A stretch of DNA of 64,000 nucleotides, taken from positions 21,886,001 through 21,950,000 of the forward strand of contig CM041465.1 in NCBI GenBank assembly GCA_023213395.1, in the 5' to 3' direction. The notes under the pieces were generated by a model. The model did no database searches. It saw nothing but the letters and a program-made list of their open reading frames with translations, and had not been told where the DNA came from. Shown in pieces: positions 52,696 to 64,000 of the stretch (the stretch's first letter is position 1; each line of letters opens with the position of its first letter). Source of the stretch: Cycas panzhihuaensis. Its lineage: Eukaryota > Plantae > Cycadophyta. Both the position numbers and the translations under genes were made by a program.

Positions 52696-54290
52696 GGGAC
52701 CTTACCTAGAATGGATGTGATTCATTATGAGGCATATTTATTTTTCACTAGTAAGGGGCACTGGGCCTAGAGGGACATTTCACCCAGGGTCATTGTGATG
52801 TCTAACATTCCTTGTGTGAGGAAATTGATTATACTAGTTATTTTATTCCACATCTCCCAGAATAAGAAGTATAAGGAGGTTCTTAGTGGTAGGATGGCTA
52901 CCACTAAGAGGTGCGAGGAAGGGGAGAACTTCAATTGAGTTGCTTTGATAGTAGCCAACCTCATAGCATATATGTACTAGATTCATGTGATTAGATGAGG
53001 AGGCTTCTCATTTTTCAACCTATTGCAATGTTGGTTCTTTGACCACTCTAGAGAAGTGGTACCAACAATAGGCCCACAACTGATAGCCATCGCTGCTCCC
53101 ATGATCCACAGGTGGAAGATACACTTTTGGAGCATAGGAGAGTTAGCTTATGTCAGGTGGTTAGTGGTTGCTACTTCCCTCAATCTCCTCACAGTGGAGG
53201 AGTAGATATGAGATCCCTACTATGCCATGCACTAGGTGAGTGACACAGAGGAGGGAGAGGTAGGAGGGGCTCTAAGGGAGGAGCTAGGAAATGAGGAGGG
53301 GGGTGGAGTAGCTCTTGATGATCTAGAGGAGGATGCAACATTCATAGCTATAAAAGAGGCAGTCCTAGCCACAGGAGGAGCGACGATCCTTAGGGTAGAG
53401 GAGGTCGAGGTAGGCAATGTACCAGTTGCTCCATAGGAGCCAAGAGTAGAGGAGGTGGTAATTTCAACTGAGGGTGCAGTAGCTGGAGAGGTGCAGGCTC
53501 CATTAGGAGGTGAGATCTCCTTTTTTCCTTAGCTTTAGAATTTAACTTAGTCATTACTTCTTATAGCATCTATTCAATATGCATTATGTATTTTATATAT
53601 TAATGGATTTCACATATACTCCATGCTAACATCTTGGTATACATTGATTAGCAGGTGGAGAGGATATAGGGGAGTTGATCAGGTGAGTGGTAGCTGAGAT
53701 CTTCCCACGTGTGTACAAGGAGGAGAAGCCTCCTATCATAGGTGATAAGGAGCTAGGATTAGAATGGTACCATATGGCGACATTCGCTCCTCTCGTACAA
53801 GTGTGAGACATGTGTGCTATAGAGGCCATGGAGCAATAAGTGAGCGAGGACTAACTTTGAGGAGAGAGAGACTAGCTCCAAGGAGAGAGGGACTAACTAC
53901 GAGCTTAGGTGTAGGTGTTAAGGGCCCAAAGAGGAGGAGCTAGAAATGATGATAGTGAAATGAGTGTCACCATGCTTGAGGAGAGACTCTGTAGGGAAGA
54001 GATCCATCTAGCATAGACTTCTAGAGAGAGAGACTGGGTACTAGGGGAGATGGACTGGCTACAGGAGTGATATAATCGACTCGTCGACTAGATGGTTGCT
54101 TGATCCTCATGCAGCAGGACCCACATAGTGATACCATCCCAACGAAGGGTGAGAAATAAGGAGAGTGAGGCCAATACCTTATAGACGAGGAGGAGGAGCC
54201 TAAGAGGGATGTGATCTCCAGGTGAGGGAGCTAATGGACCAAGAGGAGATACACCATGAGGACCACATGCTTCCCTCAGGCTATAGTATC
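52696..54290 (+). pseudogene. Element C antisense PMD gene, 3' part
   Basis: GGFSFFNLLQCWFFDH...PMIHRW; acidic EEGEVGGALREELG; after the intron a heptad-rich GERD*LQGERD*LRA segment; end approximate. Confidence 0.75.
53510..53654 (+). other. Putative intron in element C PMD gene
   Basis: TTAGGAG|GTGAGA ... GCTAAC (branch-point-like) ... TTAGCAG|GTGGAG, 145 bp. Confidence 0.68.
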
Positions 54291-54803
54291 ATAAATTCTA
54301 ATGAGAGAAAAGCTTCAAACCTCCAAGGGGATCCATACCTCATATATATATGATTGTATCCCCATGTAAGGATTTTGTCTTCCTAGGGCACATTTCTAGC
54401 ATTTTATACTATTATTAATCATGTATACATATACAAATGAGGCCACATTGATACCCCATTTTTGATATACATCACTCATTATTATTATTATGGTTATTTG
54501 CTTTGATTGTGGTTATGGATATGGATATTTTCTTTAGTTATGGATAGATGTATGGATGTATGAATGCATGAAAAACATATAAATGCATAGATGCATGATA
54601 GACATATAGATGTGAATTGGTTTATTTTACTATACATGATATCACTTGCTCTCTCTATATGATATGGCACTTACACCAGGCACACACGATCACCTCTATA
54701 TATTAGGTAATATCATGTGGCTAAAGGGTAAGGGGATTATATTTCAATCAGAAGGAAAATAGTGATATGACATAATAGAGAATGAGAGAAAGTATAGATA
54801 CCT

Positions 54804-57800
54804 TATTTCCCAACTACCATGAATGGACATGGGTGACTTGACTCAGGTAAGTTTAGGTATGCTTCTATCTCCTTATTTGTCAGTTCTAGAAATGCTTAAT
54901 TGAGGCACATTACTTGCATTGCATTCTGACTGATTGACTGCATGATCACTATGTATTGTTTACATGACCATATTGCATCTTAACACCTTAGCCTATGACA
55001 ACTAGGGATACACATCCCATGGTGATCCACAACCCTCCTCCATGTATCCATGACGTCCACAAGTACTTTTGGCTTCTGCAATCCATATCACATCATTCAT
55101 TGGTGTCACATAACCCCTAGCACCTTGCCTAGGGCTGGTTATCGTCCTTTTTTTGCATCATTTATCTCTTTTTGGGAGTCCTGGACCATCATTTCCCACC
55201 TACTGTGGTCCCTCTAGATTCCATAACCTCCTTTCTACCTTGATATTGTAGCATGCTCCCTTAGGGTCTAGGATTCCACCCTTTTTGGGAGCCTCCAGGT
55301 TCCCCCCTTTCTCTTTTTGTCTTGACTTTGGTCATATCACTGTAAACTCTGCAGTACCACTACAAACTTCACGATACTACAAAGTTTGCCATAGTGTGAT
55401 TGTTCATAAGCATTTTTTTGTCTGGCCATGGCTAATTTCACATTAATTAAGAGATTGCCATGTGGCAATGAGTTGATTCCCACCCAGGGTGAACCCTAAT
55501 CTCTCGTTAAGCTAGGGTTGGGTTTAAAAACCCAAAATTTACTTCATTTCCCCTCTCTCCCACTCATTTTTCTTTCCTCTCTTCTCCAAAAGTTCTACAA
55601 TAGGTTCCAACTCTACTGCACCTATCCTACCATCTTGTTATTAGCTCTTACAGTATAGGAAACACAAATTGTAGGTCTATACCAGGGATGGATGAAGAAG
55701 AATCACGCTCCAAACATCCTATAAAGCTCCAAGTTTCACCTTCCTCATAATTTTCACTCTTCATTTGCTATAGTCTAGGGGCTTTTTCTAGCAACCTCCA
55801 AAGGGATTGTCCTTCTCACCTAGTCTTCCAGGTAGATCTGCTATAGATCTACCCTTACTAGGTATTTTTAGATATGTTTTCATCTTTATTTTACATAGCA
55901 TAAGTGTTCTTCTATTAGTCCTTATTGTAAGAGGTTTTTCCTTCTTTCTCCATTGTTTTGGGAAGTAAACCCTCCCTCTTGCTTGCCTATACACTTCCTC
56001 CTCCTAGTTTTCTTTAGGTCTTCTCAAGGAGATAACAAGAAAAGGGGTGCATAGAGAGTGAAAAGAGTCTTAGACAGGGTTCTACACCCACACACCTTAT
56101 CACCAATGGTAGCCCCCTTCTCTCCTTCCATTTTCCTCTTCCATACCTTCCTTGTTCACCCTTCTCTCCTTCCATTTTCCTCTTCCATAAGCAGCCTCTT
56201 ACTATGTTTACAACTAGCCATCAAGGATTATACATAGCCTAGTTTTCATCTCTATCCCATACCTCTTTAGTTTCTGGCCTAGCTCTTATAAAAAATTGTA
56301 AAAGTTACACTTTGTAGCTTTTGCAATATTTGCAACTTTTACAACTTTCTTGCCACCTTTGTCTTTTCTTATAAAAAACTGTCTTGCACTTATTATTGAC
56401 TTGTCTTACTCCCCTTAGCTATTAGCTTGGGTGCTTGGGGAATGTGCTTAGCATTTAGATTAGGAGGGTTAGCCATTCCAAGGCTATCCACTTTCTTCCT
56501 TTTCACCCCCTCTTCCCCAAATCACTTGTTGGTTGTGCATGCAAAGTAGGAACAATATTAATGTTATATGCTTTTGCTATTTAGTATATACTTGTTAAGT
56601 TCATTGTTTCATCTCCTTCTCTTTCAAATGGGATATATACATATAGCTATATTTCTTTGCATGTACTTGCTCCTGTATGCATTTGGTGCCCCTTGGGAAA
56701 AGGAAAGCTTTAATTGTGTAAGTCTCTTGCGCTTTGGAGCAAATAGAAATCTTCATTCCAGGTATATTTTTTTTGCTTGATAGTTACCATTGTGACAATT
56801 TAAGATCTTAAGTAAGAGCATTCTATTATTTTTATTTTCCCTTTGTAATTTCTTTTCATTTTAGTCTTAGGGGAAGGTAAGGAAGCCCCTCTTTTCACCT
56901 GGCATCATTTCCACTACTTCACCTATGGTAAGGAGAAGAGCTAGGATCACGAGAGAAGTAAGGGTGATGCTACTCTAACCACCAGGTTCCCAGGTACATT
57001 TCTCTACCTCATCTTTTCTACTCTTACCCTTCACTCCCCCCCTCTTTTATGCTCCTAAATGAAAAGAAAGACAAAAAGATTGTATTGCTTTGCACTCCAT
57101 TGGTTGTTTCTACATGCTCATTTAGGTTGCATAGTGGGGAACTAGGAAACACACACCAGTAGATGCTTCTTCTTTTGGCCACACACTCACTTATTTCTTC
57201 CATCATCTAAACCTTCACTCTCACTAGGGTTTAAGCATGGTGGGTTGTACATTCATCTGTAGGTATTTTGTTTCCCACTTTCATACTGTAGGGTAGATTT
57301 GTATCTCTTGCTTGTGCTATCTTTTCTAGTAATTTGCTTGCTCTCTTTTCTTTTATTGCATGTAAAAGATAAAGAGAGTGAGGCCAATACTTAGGAAAGA
57401 GAGAGAGAGTATATTATTTCCTCCATGGTTTATTTGTTACATCTAAAAGGAACAAATATAAACATGATACCTTGTACTCTACATCTCCTTATCACATAAC
57501 TAAAACAAACATAAGAGTAACACATTTTACCTATCTCCCATACCTAAAACCATCTTAGGTGTGGTGCCTTGGGAGTACCTCCTCTCAAGGTCACCTTTCC
57601 TTCCTACCAACAAAGCCTTCCTTAGCTCTACCCTTTAGCCCAAACTTAGTCCATTAACCTAACTTTTCCTTTGCTTACTCATGCTTTTAGCCACTCGAGG
57701 CCCACGTGTGAATCTTCTTCCCTTTCCATTAGGGCTACTTCACTCATCATCTCTTTATAAGAAGAGGTGTACCTTTTCCTTCTCCTCCCTCCTTTGGCCA

Positions 57801-58062
57801 TCCAGAATGGGAGGGCCTTTTTTGAGATTAGTCAAGAAACCAAGGAGATCCCTCTTCCACCACTAACTTTGAATCGAGAAGGTGTTACCTGGAAGGGAGT
57901 TTATTCACCATTTGTGGGTCCTCGAACCTGCATTCTAATGTAGGATGCCCTTTATGGGTGATCTCTCTCTCTTTCTCTTGTAGGTCCTTAGCCAAAAAAT
58001 TATTAATCATGTTGGCTCGATCTCACTCAAGTCCAGTGATCCCCCTTAAAGGTGCGATTCCA
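54804..58062 (+). repeat. Element E 5' LTR (~3.26 kb)
   Basis: Start matches the LTR starts of A, C and D; ends CA one base before the PBS. Confidence 0.82.
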
Positions 58063-58063
58063 T

Positions 58064-58081
58064 TGGCGACCATACTGGGGA
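58064..58081 (+). promoter_or_regulatory. Element E PBS (tRNA-Arg type, as in Ogre/Tat elements)
   Basis: TGGCGACCATACTGGGGA, close to the Ogre-type TGGCGACTCCACTGGGGA. Confidence 0.85.
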
Positions 58082-58261
58082 CTCACTAGTAAGGGATTTA
58101 TCCTTCTCCCATGATCTATTGGTGCTATCTCTCTTTCAATAGATCTCCTCAATTTGTTGGGTAAACCCTAATGCTTGTCACCTTACTTTTCCTCTTTTCT
58201 TCCAACCTTTAGGAGGGGCTTGTATGCGATGATTTTCCCATCATTTATGAGGCCTCCCTCC

Positions 58262-61200
58262 TTCATAGGAAGACTACCCTTACTATCCCCTTCCTTCATC
58301 ATATTCTGATTGGACCATGGAAGGATTTCCTTTGGATTGGGTGTATCACGCCTATGTCTTTGAATCCCATGAACCATCCACTTCTTTCCAAGGGCCCACC
58401 CAAGAGGGTAAGGACCCTAGTTTTACCTGGGTGACCAAGAACACCCACAAGTCCATCACCTCTCCACTCATGAGGTGGAGGCATCTTCTCCCTTGGAGTA
58501 CTACCACCTTGGTGGCAATCCTTATGGGGACCACCCCATGGGGTCCGCTTCATATGAAGACCCTTCAACCTTATATGATCATGCTGATACCCCTCCCATG
58601 GATGTGGTGGAGGATCTTAACTAGTGCTTTTAAGTTGCTAAGCTCCAATCATATCCTAAGTGGTTAGGCAGCATCTTGTGAAGCATAGCGCTTCCTTCCT
58701 CCACATGCACACTTCCATATCCATCCCATTTCACTCCTTTATCCACAACGAGGGCCTCCCTTAATGTGTCTTCTTCTCCTTGTGGTTCATATTCCTTAGG
58801 GACCACCCAAGTTATACCTTCTTCCCAACTTGGGTTGACCATGCCTCCCTCTAGTCAAACAACTGCACCTCAACTGACTATAGTCTATCTACCTCTTGTT
58901 AGACATAGGGGACCTACTTGCATCCCTACTTCTAGCCACATGGAGCCTGCCCCCACACATTCCCAAGCTCAACTAAGGGATCCTTCCCTTTTCATGCCCC
59001 TCGGGTATACTTCCCAACCATGGGGGAATGGTAAGAGGAATTCCCTTTCTATTTATGGGGTGGACCCTTTGCATCAATATGGTGTCGTGCCACCTACAGT
59101 TCACCCGTATGGGCAAAATCTAGTTCCACACCCTTCAATTCCATCCTCTTATGTTCTCTCTCATGTTGTTCCTTCACAAGGAGGGTAATCTCCCTCCCAA
59201 GGTGCCCTCTCTCAAGCCCCTTCTAACAAGGGGTGTACCCTCAAGGGGGAATAGGTCCCTCGTACCCATCCACTCCTCTCCTAATACCTTCACATGTGGG
59301 ATTTATTTACCCCTACCAAGTGGGAGGAAACCTATATCCCCTTCTGAGCCAAGTCTCTTAAGGAGGATTTGGTCAACCTTGGCCACCTCCTCCTCCACCT
59401 TTCGTTGATCCTATGGTCCAATGAAAGGCATGCCCCTTTATGGATTATAGATCAGCCCCTTTATCCATTGAGGTGCTAAGAACTAACTTACTGCCTCACC
59501 TTCCTGAGGTCCCCAAATTTGACAGGACCTCATCTTAAGACCCATGGAGCATGTTAGAAGTTTTTCTATGGCATGCATCAATTATTGGGTGTACGACCAT
59601 ATCCTAATAAAACTTTTCCCATGTTCTTTCTAAGGCGATTTCCTTAAATGGTTCTATCACCTTCTTGCACACTCTATTCACTCATTCTAGTAACTCATTG
59701 ATGAATTCATCAATTATTTTGAAGTAGCTTGTCGTTTCAAGAGCAGAATAAAGGCTCTCCTGTCTCTTAAATAAGGCCATAATAAGATGAATCATGACTT
59801 TGTGAGACACTTCCATGATCTTCTCCATTCCAAAAAGGCAACCTTGCTCAAGGAGTTAAAGGGAGATCTTTTTGTTAATGCCCTTTGCCTTAAAGTCCAT
59901 GTTAAGGTCCTCAAGATGGAGGCAACAACATGCGACTCTACTATAGCCAAGTGCTTAGCTCTTAACGCCATTTAGATCCATACAAGTCTCAAGAAGCTTT
60001 TAGGTCCTTACAATGGCATGAGGCACCTCCTCCACCTCATGAAACTAAAATCCAGCAACCTCTTAGGTCTTTATCTCATCCAAAAGAGAAGACCTTGGAC
60101 CCCTTAACCTCTGCTATGCATTCTTTCTAATGTGCAATGAAGGAGATTAAACTTCAAGCCCTTTCATCACCCACTTCCCATAAATTTGTATACTAATCTC
60201 CTCAAGCCACACCTACCAAGGGTGGAAATACCCAGTCTTCTTAAATAAGGAAGCTAGATTCATCCTTAGAGAAGAAGTGGTGTTTCGTTCATGGGGAGTG
60301 ATTTCACAAGGACTCACAATGTAGGGCCTAACATCCCAAAGCTGCCCCACAATGTGACTCCTCTCCCAAATGGGTGTCTAGACCCAACCTAGACCAACTT
60401 GTCGACAAGGATCCCTTCCTCAAACATGGAGAACGTGATTACAACACTCAACAAAAAGGGAAATAAAACAAAGAAATATCCCCTAACCCTTGCCCTACAT
60501 AAGCTAAGGAGAAGGGTGTAAGAAACTCCTCCTCTTCTTCTGGTTCCCCCAATCGCCAAACTCCTTTCCCCTCTCAATCCCAACACAAGGGAAAGAGGGT
60601 TATTCAAATGCTTGAGACCGTACCCATATATGCCTTAACTTGGTCCCAAATAGCTAAAGAAGCAATATGTTCTTCTTCTTCTACTCCTCATCTCGATCCT
60701 CCTCTAGAGACCCCTCCTTTGGAGATCCCTCTGCTTCCCAAGACTATTCCTGTGTGCCCCAATTGTTACAATTTTCGAAGGGCATTTGCCCAACCTACTA
60801 CAAAGGGAAAGCCCTTCTCCATCATTGATGAGCTTCACACTATGGCTATGGGGATGTCTATGATGGACGTCTTGAAAAGTTGTCTTAACTAACATACCCT
60901 TCTTTTAGAGACTTTGGGATTAGTTGATACATCTGTTCATGCCTTGGGTATTGCCCTAAGTCAAGAACCTGTCATCTCCTTCTATCCTAAAGATCTCCCC
61001 CTAGCTAGTGAAAGGGAACATCAATGGTACTACCCCTTTACCATAACCATAGACACATCTAAATGCACTCTTCAAAGGACCATTGTAGATAATGGTTCTT
61101 CTATCAATGCTATGCCCTTGTGCATCATGCAAGAGCTTAGTATATTAGCCCTCAAATTGGTCCCATGGCATTGTTAAGGCTACGATGGTAGTGAAAAGAC

Positions 61201-64000
61201 ACCCTTGGGGTTGGTTTCCATTCCCCTCACCCTCGCGGATAAAACTATCCTTGTCGATATCATAGTCCTTAATGTGGATATGGACTATAACCTCTTATTG
61301 GAATGCCCATGGCTTGACCAAATGGGAGACATGTGCTCATCCTATTGGAGGCAACTTAAATTTGTTTATGAGGGGCAAATGAAGGTTGTCTCCTGGGAGC
61401 CTCCTCCCACCAGACAATCTTGTCAAGCAGCTTGTGATAAGGTGAAGGGCAATAAGGTCTCCTCTACCCATTCTTCTGCTTACTCTATCGACATTCCTAG
61501 TTCATCTTAGCTAGAAGAAGGCCCTTCCTCTTCTTCCTCAAACCTTATCAGTTTTGCCCCTATTATTATAGGGAGTTATGGATAGCTCGCCATGCTTAGC
61601 GATGATGAGTCTGACAGTAAAGAGAAGGATATTCCTCATCCCATATCCCTCTTAAATACCAGTAGGAGGTGCCCTCTTCATTTCAAGACCCAACCTAAAG
61701 CCTCTTCCATTGAGGAGCCCAATTTTCCTCTTGGGTCGTATGTCATTGCTCCTGTCTCCCATATAATTTCCCAGACCACCTCATCCTCCACTTCATCGAC
61801 CTCCTTAATTGATGAGGCTAGGGAACCTCTTATCACCCATCATGAGATGTTGCTTTTTGACTCTTCTGAAGAGTCTCTTGATTATGTGGAGTGGTGAATA
61901 GATCGATATGGCCCCACCACTCCTACTTCTCAGCCCTCGTCTTCCTGAAATATCGTTATCCATGGAATAGACTTCTTTAAGGATGATGCAGCCTTACTAG
62001 AGCACTTAGCAGGCTCCATGCCCAATCTCCCTCCTAGTCACTGTAAATTTGGTCACCAAAAGATCTTAGCCATTGGGTCACCCTTAACTAACCCAAACTC
62101 ATCCTCTTCCTCTTCGTCCCCTCCTATTGACTTGGCCCCCCTTCACTTCGAGGAAGGGAATTCCATGTATATGGGGGCAACCAAAGACATCATCCTTGCT
62201 CTCAGTAAGGTCATAAAGATGGGAGTGAAATGTACCCTAGATGAAATAAAGGAATACACCCTTCTTTCAAAGAATTCTATGACGTTTTCACATGGGACTA
62301 CTTTGATATGAAGGGAATAGACCCTTCTATCATCACCCACAACCTCACTACCATTCCAGGTACTTGCCTCGTGTGACAAAAATAGCACCCTCTTTACCCA
62401 AAACTTTTAGCTACCATAAAGATGGAGGTTGAGAAACTCTTAGATGTAGGGTTAATCACTTCCATCGACTACCCCAAATGGGTCTCAAACATTGTTCCCA
62501 TTGCTAAAAAGAATGGAATGATTTAGATATACATTGACTTTCATTGTATTAATAACGTATGTCCTAAAGATAACTTTCCTCTCCCCTTCATCAATCAAAT
62601 CATTGACTAGAATATTGGGTTTGAATTCATGACCTTAATGGATATATTTTTAGGATATAACCAAATCTAGATCTCCCTTGAAGACTACCATAAAATGGCC
62701 TTCACCATGCCTTAGGGCACCTTCACCTATAAGGTGATGCCCTTTGGGCTTAAGAATGCAGGTGTCACTTATAAAAGGGCGATGCAATTTTTCTTTCATG
62801 ACCTTATTAACCAAACCCTTGAGATTTTCATGGATGACATGATGGGTCTCTCATGCATTAGGGCCCAACATCCTAACAATTTACAAGCTATCTTTACCTG
62901 ATGCCACAAATACTATGTAAGTCTAAACCCACTTAAATGTGTATTTGTCATGATATCTAGTAAACCCCTTGGATTCCTTGTTTTGAAATAAGGTATCTAA
63001 ATCAAACCTGACAAAGTCAAGGCCATCCTTGACATGCCTCCTCCCAAGACCCAATGATAAATCAAGTCATTCTTGGGTAGATTAGGTTTTCTTAGGCGTT
63101 TCTTAGTGAACTTTTCCATAAATATAAAACCTTTTACTAACCTATTAAAGATAGGGACCCCATTTATTTGGTCTTTTAAGGCCCAAGAAGCCTTCAAGGA
63201 GGTCAAGAGATCCTTGGTTTATACCACAACTTTGGCTCCCTCTCTCTTCTATAGACCTTTCATCCTTTATACCTCAGCCACTGATGAATCCTTGGGTGCT
63301 AAGAAGGAATGCCTCTCCTTGGTGTATAGTACCAAGAAGTTTAGGTACTACTTGATCAGAAACACTACTTGAGTGATCATCTAATCTAATCCCTTGAGGT
63401 ATTTACTAACCCAATCTGACTTGATAGGTAGGATCGACAAGTGGGTCATCCTCCTTCAGGAATTTGATCTCCAAATTATTAATAGGAAATCAAAGATAGG
63501 GATGGTGGTTGCCGAACAACTAGCTGACACCCCTATCCCAAACTATTATGATGCTCCTATTAATGATTCTTTGCCTGATGAGCCTATTTTGGTTATTTAG
63601 GATTCGTCTCCCTATCCACTGATTGATAGTGAGTAGTATGGGGATATTGTATGATACCTTGTTAAGCAGCAATATTGCCACAATGCTAGTGATAAGGCAA
63701 GGTCACACATTCGAGCTACTGCTAGGTAATACTTCCTCATGAGAGAGGTATTGTACAAGAGGTCCTATAATGGGATCCTTCTCCGCTACATCAATATCGA
63801 TGAGGTGGGCTAAATACTTAATGAATGCCATAACGACATTTACGGGGGTCATTTTGGGGGGCCAATTCATGGTGCAAAGGATCCTTCACATGGGCTATTA
63901 TTGGTCGTCCCTCTTCAAGGATGCCTATGCTTATGCCTTGCAATGTCATAGGTGTTAAGAGCACGCCAACATCATCCATTTACCTTTTGAGGCCTTGTAC
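58262..64000 (+). pseudogene. Element E gag-pol, decayed and truncated by the window end
   Basis: MEGFPLDWVYHAY; gag KLFPCSF; knuckle WCFVHGE*FHKDSQC; protease IVDNGSSINAMP; RT CPKDNFPLPFI, MPFGLKNAG, FMDD (62827); RH; integrase zinc finger ECHNDIYGGH...QCHRC. Confidence 0.9.

Larger units (their letters stand above)
54804..64000 (+). mobile_element. Ty3/gypsy Tat-type element E (5' LTR, PBS, gag-pol running off the window end)
   Basis: LTR TATTTCCCAAC...GATTCCA, clear PBS, gag-PR-RT-RH and the start of integrase. Confidence 0.9.

Noticed and set aside
52696-54290. Host MAIN-like gene or host RNase H gene fragments
   Set aside because: PMD and aRH occur three times at a fixed position inside elements and are decayed like the rest of the element.

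Overview
This 64 kb window is plant nuclear DNA made almost entirely of old, nested, decayed LTR retrotransposons; I found no host gene. A gymnosperm-like large genome is plausible but only inferred. Five related Ty3/gypsy Tat-type elements (A-E; ~3.1-3.4 kb LTRs, tRNA-Arg-type PBS) and two complete Ty1/copia elements are resolved from LTR ends, PBS/PPT and target-site duplications. Nesting: B (+) holds A (+) in its 5' LTR and C (-) in its integrase tail. A holds Copia-1 (2617-7946). C holds D (-, 26679-52695) and E (+, from 54804). D holds Copia-2 (-, 35139-42731). All coding regions are pseudogenised, largely by C>T/G>A changes. The most interesting structure is a 3' accessory module seen in A, C and D. 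The RNase H inside pol has lost catalytic aspartates, while a stand-alone archaeal-type RNase H with the full DEDD set lies ~4 kb downstream of the integrase stop. It sits head-to-head with an antisense, intron-containing gene encoding a plant mobile domain (PMD), an acidic linker and a coiled coil. All alignments and translations were done by eye, and coordinates marked ~ are approximate.
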